64,000 nt of DNA from NCBI GenBank assembly GCA_012295275.1, contig CM022667.1:7006001-7070000 (forward strand), read 5' to 3'. Numbering within the stretch: position 1 is the first letter of the stretch; the number at the start of each line of letters is the position of its first letter. Both the position numbers and the translations under genes were made by a program. The notes under the pieces were generated by a model. It ran no database searches and was not told the DNA's origin. It worked only from the letters and a program-made list of their open reading frames with translations. Of this stretch, positions 32,514 through 46,300 are shown in pieces. Origin of the DNA: Chrysomallon squamiferum (taxonomy: Eukaryota > Animalia > Mollusca).

Positions 32514-34364
32514 ATATTTGACAAGAAAATTAAAGATAACTTAAAATAAGTTCTTTTGTATCTGACATTTTTGTAAGGTAAAAATGAATTTTCAAGCTTT
32601 CATCTTTCATCTGTAGGATTAAATTGAAAATAATAAAAAACAAATAAAAAAAAAAACATTCTTAAACTTAAAATGAAAACAACAAACACGTATCAGAAAG
32701 TTCTTTTATTTCAAAATATTTCTTACTGATTAGTTACATCTTATCTTGAAAAAATGTATTGTTTAGTATTCTGGCAGTAAAATAGATGATGACCAAATTG
32801 ATTAGCATGTTTATATTCAAGTTACAAAAAGTTATCTGAAAACAGGAAACCATGACCAGCAGAAATAAAAAAAACTTTAGTTACTAAACATCTTTACTTC
32901 CTCTTCAAACAAAATTCAACAGTAATGGCAACCTCTTTTTATCTCTTTTTCTTTCTTTTTCTGTTTTTGTTAGAGAGGAATAATTATCAACCAAAGATAA
33001 TAAAAAATATAAAAATGCTTGATATAACATTTGAAATTATTAAGAAACTGTATTTAATAAATAATAAAATAAAAGCAAAATAATTAAATATTTTAAAAAG
33101 ATATATATTGGTAAGAACATTAATATTGCACTTCCTACATTTTATTTATATTTAAATAAATTTGGCTTCTGTTTATTATAAAACTGATTTTTTTCTTAAT
33201 TGCTGGTTAGTTACTGTGTTGTTTTCACAGTGGAATGTCACAAACTGTAGAATAATGAGATGTAAATGCATGACACAAGCACACAATGGATACAGGCACA
33301 GTAAGGCAGGAGCCTTTGTTAAAAGTTGGTTTGTAGAACAACACATGCTATATCATCTCAAACACCTGGACATTTAAAAAACAAACAAAAAAAAAACACA
33401 TTAAAGTCTCTGAAAACTCTCAGTTTTAATTTTTAAAATTTTTTATGAATATATTAATATAAAACAAAAATTATGTTTAAAAGTAATGAAATGTGTATAA
33501 TACCTACAAAACCATTTGCGTGCAAATCCCAAACTTCAAAATAGAAATGCTGTATTTATATAAACTTTGTAAACATTTGAAGACTCTTTTTTTTTTTCCT
33601 TTTTTATTTAGGTTTTTATTTATTTATTTTAATCACTGGCATTAATGACCTATATACCAAAAAATCTTACTCCAAAACAAAAATAACAGTAAATATTTTT
33701 TTTTTTTTTTTTTTTTTTTTTCTGTCTGAGAAAAAGAAGTCATTTCATTTTAACTTTATTAGTTTCAAAGATTAGTTTTTCACAAACAAGTTGAAGTGTA
33801 CTTTTGTATTTTATTTATATTCACCACAGATACACCACAAAGCATATTATTACAAGTCTTAAAAGTTTAATAAATAATAAAAATTAATCACTTGATGTTT
33901 GCCTGTAAATGGAGAAAAAATTGTATTTAAAAAAATAAAAACAACATTAAAACATGCATAATTTTATATTATTTCATAATTTGTATTTTTACTGTAAATT
34001 TTAAATACCATTTTAACAATGAAATAAATAAACAAACAGAAATACTTTGACTACACCAAAAAGAACAAAAAAGTGAGTAGTTCATTTAAACAAAGTAATA
34101 AATAAAAAGCTTGGTGTTCTCTGTTGTTGCAGTAATTGACTGGTTTGAGTCAACACATACGAGATTTAACTCTACACCACACTGTACATGTGTCTCACCT
34201 CCATTTATCCACCAAAATTTGATTTTATGAGTTGAATACAGAAACCCAGACACCAACATCATATTGTCACCTTTCAACACACAGGCAACAGTAATATCCA
34301 CTTTCACATTCCTGGATAACCAGTAAGAAGATAACATCCCTAGCAAACAAGAAGGAAGATGACA

Positions 34365-37300
34365 CTATGTTGTTTTTTTCTCAGCTGACATTTCTCTTCT
34401 CTCATCTTTACATTTTCTACAGATCCGCTCAAAGTGGTCGAGATAAAAAAGGGAGATAATTCGAAACAGTGCCATTGTTGCAACCTGGAATACCAAAGTA
34501 AAAATGTTATTTCATCTTATAAAATACTGCAGCTGACACGTTAATTATATCAGACACAAAAATTTGTATGTTTTTAATTTACATCAAAGTTTTCACCGTA
34601 TACCAAATTATTTTATTTGTCAGCAAATTTAATATTTTCACAACAAAGACAGAATTATTAATAAAACTATTCTGTTAACTTTACCTGTTGAGTTGCCTCC
34701 ACGATGGATGTTACAGGTGACATTCCACTGGTCACAGATGCCAGCATATAACCATCCAAACCTGTGTAACTGAAAAACTGACCTAGCTGAAAACAATCAC
34801 ACAACAACAGATCAGTGATTACAACAGGATGAATCTGATATAACAACAGATCAGTGATTACAACTGGATGAATATGGTATAACAATAGATCAGTGATTAC
34901 AACAGGATGAATCTGATATAACAATCGATCTGTGATTACAACAGGATGAATATGATATAACAACAGATCAGTGATTACAACAGGATGAATATGATATAAC
35001 AACAGATCAATGATTACAACAGGATGAATCTGATATAACATCAGATCAGTGATTACAACAGGATGAATCTGATATAATAACAGATCAGTGATTACAACAG
35101 GATGAATCTGATGTAACAAGAGATCAGTGATTACAACATGATGAATATGGTATAACATCAGATCAGTGATTACAACAGGATGAATCTGATATAACAACAG
35201 ATCAGTGATTACAACCGGATGAATCTGATGTAACAAGAGATCAGTGATTACAACAGGATGAATATGGTATAACAATAGATCAGTGATTACAACAGGATGA
35301 ATCTGATAAAACAATCAATCAGTGATTACAACAGGATGAATCTGATATAACAACAGATCAGTGATTACAACATGATGATGATAATGATACTCAATGATGT
35401 AAGGATATAACAAACAAGTATAACAATATAAGTATAATAATGAAATGTCAATAAATTCAATAACTAAATGAAGACTTAAACATTTTCATTTGTGTATTTT
35501 ATTTATGTGTTTATTAAGATTTAAAAAATAAAATAAAAATAATGTATATATATATATGTGCTAGAATACACAAATAATGACGTGCTTCACAACAGCTAGC
35601 TCTGATTAGCACGTTAATTTTTTTCACTTTCACTTTACTCACACATACACAAATTTAACAACATAAAATGTTTCTCCTCACCACAACATCTTTAATGATG
35701 GAAGCTGCTACAACGGAAGGCTGAAAGAGTCCTGCTGTTTCTGAAATGAGGCGAGTTTCTCTTGGCTGAAAAATGAATTTTTTTTTACTTATACATGGCA
35801 AAAAAAAATTTAAACGAACTGTGCGGGAGATGTGAGATAAATTCTGACAGTGTTTGTTGATGTTATTACTTAGTCAAATTCAGTGAGGGGAGGTAAGTGA
35901 TACACTTGTTGTTTATAAATAGTGTCCATTGTTAAATTTCTCAGTCCAACCAGTACTCTTAAAAACAAACTGAACATTGAATTATTCCTAGCTGTCTCAA
36001 AGAAACAACAAGTGTTACTCTGTTTAAGGGAAGGAGTAAGTGAAAGATGTTTTACTGTTATCCACATAAGTTATTCCTTGAATAATAAATTAAACTGTCT
36101 CTGTGTCAGATTTTTACAAAATCAGTTAAAATTTTACAGTGTAACAATAATTAACTGTAAACAGAGGTTTTGTGAAATGAATTAATAGAAAAAAAGTCAC
36201 CATGTAAAGATTTACCTTTGACTTCTGCTCTTCAGCAAAGCCGGGTGTGTCTGTGTCTGGAGGAAATGCCAGGGTCACGTACACATTGTATGGTTTTAAC
36301 TGTAATAAAAAAAGTTACGTCCCTTGAAGAAACTCATAACAACTTTACTTTTATGGAGTTAACACCTTTACTCCAAAAGCAAGATTTTTTATATATTTAT
36401 TTATATTTTCTATTATTATTATTCTTTTTATTACGATGTTAGTTCAATGGTCAAAAATAGAAAAGCAAAAATTAACTCATAACCATGAACACAAGAATTG
36501 GGTGAAAAATGACTGGAATGAATAAAACTAGTTTTTAAAAAAATCAAATGTTCTGAATTTCCACTGTTTGCCATAATTAAACACACCTCCATGTGCAGAG
36601 CCTCAGCAAGGCCCCTCAGAGCGAACTTTGACCCCGAGTAAGCTGTGTACCCAAACAGACCAATCTGCCCAGCCTGGGATGAGATGAACACAATTCGGCC
36701 ATTTTGGTTTTTCTTCATACTGGGCACTACAGCTCTGGTCACGTGAACTGTCCCTATGTAGTTGATGTCAATCATTCTCTGCAACACATGTATAAATCCA
36801 AGTTTTGGTAAAATGACATTCATCAATTAGAGATTCAGTCTAAATGTGTAGTATTAGTGTGAACTTAAAACAGAATGTGTTGTACTAGTGTGAACTTCAA
36901 ACTAAATGTTATATTAGTGTGAAATTAAAACTAAATGTGTTGTAATACTATGCACTTCAAACTAAATGTGTTATATTAATGTGAACTTCAAACTAAATGT
37001 GTTGTATTAATGTGAACTTCAAACTAAATGTGTTGTATTAATGTGAACTTCAAACTAAATGTGTTGTATTAGTGTGAACTTCAAACTAAATGTATTGTAA
37101 TACTATGCACTTCAAACTAAATGTATTGTATTAATGTGAACTTCAAACTAAATGTGTTGTACTAGTGTGAACTTCAAACTAAATGTGATGCTGAAATTAA
37201 AGACTTACTTTAAACTCAGGGAGTGGGAGTTCTTCAAACTGCCCCGCCACTGACACGCCCGCACAGTTGACTAACAAGACAACCGGACCCAGCTCCTCCT

Positions 37301-40300
37301 CTGCCTGACAAACAAGAACTGTTTTTAACTTATTTTACACTGCAACTTCTGTCACTAGCCAGAAGAAAAATGTAGTGTTTGAGGAATTATAATGTATTCT
37401 ACCAGTGCATGAGGTCATCCAAGAAATAAGAATTTTAATAAAATTATATTTCTCTTACAGATGAGTTTAGAAACACTTATATTAAATTTTGTTACATTCT
37501 GAGGAACTTTTTCCAATTACTGATATTAATCTGTGAAAGAAAAAGTAAAATTATATGTAACAACACAGTAAAACAGTAAAGTTGAATGTAACGACAGCAG
37601 TAAAACAGTACAGTTGAATGGAACAACACAGTAAAACAGTACAGTTGAATGTAACGACACAGTAAAACAGCAAAGTTGAATGTAACGACACAGTAAAACA
37701 GTAAAGTTGAATGTAACGACACAGTAAATGAGGGTGACATGACTAGAGTAACAAGATGATTTCTCTTTTACCTGTTCCACAGCTTTCACAACAGCAGCGT
37801 AGTCTTTGGTGATGTCCACGGAGATGTGTACAACCTTCTGAAATTAAATCTTTTACTGAACTTTCTACTAATCACTCACAACAATTATCTAGTTTTAGAA
37901 ATACACAGCAAACCTGGTTTTAAAACAATATCTTTATAGAACACTGAACAATTATAATGTGAAAAAAAACAATAAAAAGTCAGACTCTATTATGTTGAAA
38001 TTGCTTGCATTTACTGTTTTTCACTCTGTTGAGAGTCGATAAAAGATCAAAGGTCAAAGAAGGGTTAATTTCTTTTGATCAGGAGTTTATTAATTAATTT
38101 ATCAAAGAAGAAATCTCAGTATTTCTTTGCTGACAGTGTCAGTGACTTTATTCTCACAGTACAGAGAAGAATGTATTATGTAATAACAAAATTAAAACAC
38201 TTCTCATTGACAGATCTAACTTTTTAAATATATTTTTACTGTCAAATTAGTGTGTGAAATTACAATGTTTTTATGACCTCAGATATAAGAAAGTCTAATC
38301 TGGATTCATCACTACTGCAGGAACTGGCAACACTAATGATAAGCGGTTTATTAATTTATTTTTCATTGTGCTCAGTTTGTAGAATAAATATATACTTATA
38401 TCTCATTTTTTATTTCTACCATGTGCTCTCTATGTAACATTGTTTGCAGTTTCTGCAGCATATGTTGACAACAGGTTTTGAATATATATTCACACAAACA
38501 ATAAAATAAATTAAACACAACATAATAAATGTGAATACTGAAAAGATAAAAACTCTGGACTCACCTGATGAATTTTATCCACAAAAACATTTTCTATTTC
38601 AGCTTGGGCCGTTTCCAACTTTGCCTGGTAAACAGATTTTTTAATCATTTTCATTAATACTTATTCACCAGCACACATAGATACACACTGAAAATATTCA
38701 TGTACACCTACCAATCCTATACAAACAGACTATGTATAAATAAGTAAATAAATAAACAATAAAAAGTTAAACAATTAACCTAATATTATAAACTGAGATA
38801 TATATATATATACTACTCAAAAGAAATGAAGGGTCAAAGGATGTTTTTGTTCATATTTGGAAGAAAGATTTTTTCAGGCCAGACAGGGTTAGAATATTAA
38901 CCTTTGTCATGTCATTTGCACTAACACATCACCCCCACTGTAACACCTTGATACCCTCACAGTGACACCTTGATACCCTCACTGTGACACCTTGATACCT
39001 CACTGTGACACCTTGATACCTCACTGTGACACCTTGACACCCCCACTGTGACACCTTGATACCTCGTTGTGATACCTTGATACCCTCATTGTGACACCTT
39101 GACACCTCACTGTAACACCTTGATACCTCACAGTGACACTTTGATACCCTCACTGTGACACCTTGACACCTCACTGTAACACCTTGATACCTCACTGTGA
39201 CACCTTGATACCTCACTGTGACACCTTGACACCCCCACTGTGACACCTTGATACCTCATTGTGATACCTTGATACCCTCATTGTGACACCTTGACACCTT
39301 CACTGTGACACCTTGATACCCTCACTGTGACACCTTGATACCCTCACTGTGACACTTTGATACCCTCACTGTGACACCTTGATACTCCAGTCATACCTTG
39401 ATACCTCACTGTGACACCTTGATACCCCACTGTCATACCTTGATACCTCACTGTGACACCTTGATACCTCACTGTGACACTTTGATACCCCCACTGTAAC
39501 ACCTTGAAACCGCACTGTTATAAAAAGTGTGTGCCAATGTTGTCAAGAATGTGTGAATGCTTTTACTACATGTGGGATTGCATGACTTTCTCCATCTGGG
39601 TAGCAAACTAGTTTCCTTGCAAATATTTTTTATTTTGTGTTTTCTGTTCTTGAGACATCAAATAAATAAATATGTCATTAGTTGTCACAATTTTAGTATA
39701 TTAGCTTATTTTTATTTGCACGCACATTTTTGACCCTTAACTTTATTTGAGTAGCATATATATTAAAATACAGTCACTGTGACATATGCACACACAAATT
39801 ATATCCTTGCATTCACACACACTGATAAACAGACAGTGGCACATAATTATATTGTTGCATTCACACACACTGATAAACACACAGACAGTGGCACATAATT
39901 ATACTGTTGCATTCACACACACTGATAAACACACAGACAGTGACACATAATTATACTGTTGCATTCACACACACTGATAAACACACAGACAGTGACACAT
40001 AATTATACTGTTGCATTCACACACACTGATAAACACACAGACAGTGGCACATAATTATACTGTTGCATTCACACATACTGATAAACACACAGACAGTGAC
40101 ACATAATTATACTGTTGCATTCACAGATACTGATAAACACACAGACAGTGGCACATAATTATACTGTTGCATTCACACATACTGATAAACACACAGACAG
40201 TGGCACATAATTATACTGTTGCATTCACACATACTGATAAACACACAGACAGTGACACATAATTATACTGTTGCATTCACACATACTGATAAACACACAG

Positions 40301-42058
40301 ACAGTGGCACATAATTATACTGTTGCATTCACACATACTGATAAACACACAGACAGTGACACATAATTATACTGTTGCATTCACACATACTGATAAACAC
40401 AGACAGTGGCACATAATTATACTGTTGCATTCACACACTGATAAACACACAGACAGTGACACATAATTATAGTTGCATTCACACATATGATAAACACACA
40501 GACAGTGACACATAATTATACTGTTGCATTCACACATGATAAACACACAGACAGTGACACATAATTATACTGTTGCATTCACACACTGATAAACACACAG
40601 ACAGTGACACATAATTATACTGTTGCATTCACACACACTGATAAACACACTGACAGTGGCACATAATTATACTGTTGCATTCACACACTGATAAACACAC
40701 AGACAGTGACACATAATTATACTGTTGCATTCACACACACTGATAAACACACTGACAGTGGCACATAATTATACTGTTGCATTCACACACTGATAAACAC
40801 ACAGACAGTGACACATAATTATACTGTTGCATTCACACATACTGATAAACACACAGACAGTGGCACATAATTATACTGTTGCATTCACACACTGATAAAC
40901 ACACAGACAGTGACACATAATTATACTGTTGCATTCACACACACTGATAAACACACAGACAGTGGCACATAATTATACTGTTGCATTCACACACTGATAA
41001 ACACACAGACAGTGACACATAATTATACTGTTGCATTCACACACTGATAAACACACTGACAGTGGCACATAATTATACTGTTGCATTCACACACTGATAA
41101 ACACACAGACAGTGGCACATAATTATTCTGTTGCATTCACACATACTGATAAACACACAGACAGTGACACATAATTATATTGTTGCATTCACACACTGAT
41201 AAACACAGACAGTGACACATAATTATACTGTTGCATTCACACACACTGATAAACACACTGACAGTGGCACATAATTATACTGTTGCATTCACACACTGAT
41301 AAACACACTGACAGTGGCACATAATTATACTGTTGCATTCACACACTGATAAACACACTGACAGTGGCACATAATTATACTGTTGCATTCACACACACTA
41401 CCACATGCAGACAGACAGACAGACGTACTTTATTTCTGGCTAGAAGACAGATGTTTGCGCCCCGCCTCCACCTCCTCACACGCGATCGCTTTGCCGATCC
41501 CACTGGATCCACCGGTCACCTGCAAAACATCTACCTTTTAACTGTAAAACTATTCCTGACAGACTGAACATACTGCTATCTTTCAGTGATTTACTCAGTC
41601 TATGGCAGGTTTTATTAATACTTTTTCCAGTGAAATGACATCAAGATAAGAGAATCTGGTTAATGAAAAATAACTTGTGTTCAAAATACCTCTGTACAGA
41701 TTAGTTAAAATAAGAAATAAATAAAACAATAATATAAAGTATTTATAATTTAATTAACCAATTTTTCAAGCCAGCATACATTAAAATCAATGTTCTAATG
41801 TGTATGGTACAAATAAATGTACAAAATCACACTCAGCTTTCAAATGAAAATCAATCAAATTCTTCAAGCCAGCATACATTAAAATCAAAGTTCTAATGTG
41901 TATGGTACAAATAAATGTACAAAATCACACTCAGCTTTCAAATGAAAATCAATCAAATTCTACTGTGTAGAATTTATTAATTTATAATTTAAAATTATTT
42001 TGTATCAAAAATAAAGTAGTATTATTATTAAATGCAACAGTTTACCTATTTAGACACA

Positions 42059-42096
<38 letters not shown>

Positions 42097-42351
42097 AATA
42101 AAAATATATTATAAAACTACATTGTTCAACTTAATCAAGTTAATGTTACCACAATTGGGCCTCATCATATCTCTTGTTGTCAGGAACTTAATTAAGCTTT
42201 TAGACATTAACTGTTGTCCACTGAATTTACAATAACTTACCAGAACATGCACTCCTTTCAAGTCTAAAGGCTTTGGCGTGATCAGTGGAGACGCCAGATA
42301 TAACACTATTAAAAAGCCAACAAATACTGCAACCGCTACCAAAAGCCACAT
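34365..42351 (-). CDS. KDSR: 3-ketodihydrosphingosine reductase (FVT-1, SDR family), ~334 aa; apparent +1 frameshift in exon 2
   Basis: Ten exons: 42351-42241, 41519-41429, 38624-38565, 37837-37772, 37304-37209, 36778-36587, 36299-36216, 35765-35682, 34786-34685, 34484-34365. Motifs [54 protein letters not shown]; C-terminal KKTT. Confidence 0.93.
34800..35372. repeat. 39-bp minisatellite in KDSR intron 8
   Basis: Unit TGATATAACAACAGATCAGTGATTACAACAGGATGAATC. Confidence 0.92.
36840..37188. repeat. 31-bp minisatellite in KDSR intron 5
   Basis: Unit ACTAAATGTGTTGTATTAATGTGAACTTCAA. Confidence 0.9.
37555..37728. repeat. 31-bp minisatellite in KDSR intron 4
   Basis: Unit AACGACACAGTAAAACAGTAAAGTTGAATGT. 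Confidence 0.85.
38933..39518. repeat. 21-22-bp minisatellite in KDSR intron 2
   Basis: Unit TGACACCTTGATACC(C)TCACTG. Confidence 0.92.
39805..41398. repeat. 50-52-bp minisatellite (~31 copies) in KDSR intron 2
   Basis: Unit ACATAATTATACTGTTGCATTCACACA(CA)CTGATAAACACACAGACAGTGRC. Confidence 0.95.
41765..41961. repeat. ~98-bp direct tandem duplication in KDSR intron 1
   Basis: TTCAAGCCAGCATACATTAAAATCAA...AATCAATCAAATTC occurs twice. Confidence 0.85.
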
Positions 42352-43311
<960 letters not shown>

Positions 43312-46300
43312 ATGGGTTCCGTCAGCGTACCTGGTTTACGTTTGCGAAATGCGAAGGGAACGAAGGAACGACTGTTGGTGACACACAATGGAAAACTGTA
43401 TGATATCACTGAATTTGCATCAAAGCATCCAGGAGGGGAATCTGTACTTCATGATCATGCAGGACTCGATGTCACGAACACCATGCAACTTATCGATCCT
43501 CACCAACACAGCGACCAAGCCTATGTCATCCTCAGGGACTACTATGTCGGTGAAGCAGACGATTCACAGGTAAACTTATCTCAGGTGTTCATCGTCTTCT
43601 TTAATTTCTAAAGTTTGTTCATTCAATTCACGTGTGTTACTTTTCATTTCTCGGCAGAAATTCAAATTTCGTAAACAAACATTCACAGGTAAACTTATCT
43701 CAGGTGTTTATCGTTTTCTTTAATTTCTAAAGTTTGTTCATTCATGTGTGTTACTTTTCATTTCTCGGCAGAAATTCAAATTTCGTAAACAAACATTCTT
43801 CCTTTCGCATTTTATTACATTAATTATTATGTCTGGTATTTTTATTATTAACTTTATAATAACAACATGCAAACACAATAAAAAAAATTAAGTTGATACA
43901 AAATACATCAGGCAGCAAAATAATAAATATATCAGATTACAGAAACTGACACAGTTTTTTTAGAATCAAAAGTTTGTCGCTTTGTGTTTGCCTCTCATTC
44001 TTTGCAGAGTTATGAAAATATCCGATTTGGTAAATATTTGATTTTCAAACAGAAATTTTCTGTCTAATTACCTACATTAGACTGTCATAACTAAAAAATA
44101 AATACACAATGGACTAATAAAATTTATCAAACTGGGATTTTGATAACATTTTGAGAAAGAATTGTTTTATAACTAAGTTTATATGTGTGTGTGCCTTCAC
44201 AACTGAATTTATTTTTAAAATCTTAAATTTAAACAAGAAAAAAAAATGCAAAAGCTGTTGTATTTCTTCAAATGATGAAGTTAAACAGGCTGTGATAATT
44301 ACAAGACTGTGTTTTGAAGACCCAGGTGGTGGTGTTGATCAAACTTAGTCATGTTTCCTGCATGTAAACACAAATAACATACAAATTCATTTTAATATTA
44401 CATTTACTTTCATACAGGGCATTAAACTCCCGTTTTAAGTAGTGTACAAAATTAATGTGTTGTTCATTTGTCAGCTTTAAATTTTCTCCTGACTTCTGTA
44501 AAGCAAGATGTTTTATCACATGACTTTCAAACCTGTTTTCTGTAACCACAGTGTAACATGCAGTATTTTATTAATAAAAATTCTGATGCTGTCTTGACTG
44601 TTTTGAGGTGAAAAACATTGAAAATTATTGCTAAAAAAATCTTATCTAAATAAATGCTGATACTGTGAACTTTAAAAATGTTTATCAGTTAAATGAAAAA
44701 TTCTCTAGAATTAAGAACTCTAAGAAAAATATGTTAACATGTCATTGTGTATGTCAGTAATAACAAGTTTGTGAGATGCATGCAGACTCTTAGGTTTGCA
44801 CAGCCTGGGACTCTTCATTCTTTGAGATGCTTAAAACAAAGTCTGAGATGCAGTAAAACTGCACATACACACAGATACACACAAGCTGAATATATGATCT
44901 TAGTCTAAATACAAATTCTATTCATATTTCATAATCAAATAGTCTGACGAATCCTTATGTAATAGTTTTAATAATTTTGTGCATAAAATAAATTTTGCTT
45001 TGCGTAAATGATCAGAAACTGTAAGATATCTGCTGTTTATGAAAGTTTCAGATTAGGTTGAAATTGCCAACTTGTACTTAGAATAATTAAAGTTTTACAT
45101 AGTAATAGACACATACTTTGTTTTAGAATAGCTTATATAGACTTGTACTTTGTTTTAGAATAATTAAGTTTTACACAGAACATTCGTGCTAATGAGAAAG
45201 GGGGAGAACACGGCAGTGAGGTTCAAGTGGGAACATCTTCCGTTTCTTAATCAAATGTTATGTTTTTCACCTTTCTGTTTTCATTCTAACTTCAAAATAA
45301 ATAACAATTTAAGTTGTGATAAAATATATTTTTAAAATTGTTCTATAAATTTGTATTTTTAATTAAATGAGTGGACAGTGTAATTTAAAATTTACACAGA
45401 AATTTAAATTAATTATTGTTAAGTGTTTTGTTGTTGTTTATCTACACAGTCACTGACCTGAGAGAATGGTAAGTTGGACTACTGCTCAACATGTTATGAA
45501 TAATCAATGAAGTTTTAAAAGATAAATGAATATCTGTTGATAAGAGGGAATGATCAACTGAGCAGTTAATCAATACTGTAATTATGTTTGTTGGTCACCA
45601 CGGCGATTGATGAACTGGTTTCCCAGTGTAAATTATTCATTGTTACCTACAACAAAACGATGTATCATAATGCCCATGTTTCTTTGTTTGTTCATCTCTG
45701 CTTCCTCTCTTTTCTAATTTTCGTAAGTTTTAAAGTAAACATTTAAAAAAAAAAAAATATTATTATTATTTCCTCTTTTTTTTTTTTTTTTTGGCTGCTA
45801 TAATCTATTAAAATGTAATAAATTTGAAATAAGTTTTTATGACTTCTGAAAGTATAAAACTATTTTAACATTTGGTTATTTATTTTAATAATATTGGCTG
45901 TGAATGTGTTATTGTTTTTATTTGTTCTTGAACCAGATCCTTGTTATAACACAAAACTGATAATTTGCATTAAAAAAATGTCACTAGCTGCTTTAGGCAC
46001 ACTGAGCATGTACGTGTCTGCAGTCACACATTCAGTAACACGGAGGTATTGATGTGAGAGCTTACACACACAAACATTGATTATTGCTTATATTGAATGA
46101 TGGCAGCAGTGCACTGCTTTCTGTTGTAGTAGTTGCCATGTCAGTGTACTCAGACTGTTCTTGACATTGTTTTGTTTACTGACCTCGTGGTTGATGTCAA
46201 ATGACTGAGAGGTCGAGAGATCTCACCCCGCCATAGACAATAAATCTTCTGTGTTGTTTTTTTTGTGTGTCAGAGAAAGCAGTTTACAACTTGTCATCTG

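Noticed and set aside
34667-35314. 215-aa repeat ORF in frame with KDSR exon 9
   Set aside because: The 39-bp unit keeps frame by chance; there is a good acceptor at 34786 and KDSR is full length without it
41460-41480. Programmed frameshifting or editing in KDSR
   Set aside because: No slippery site, and similar single-base indels elsewhere point to consensus error
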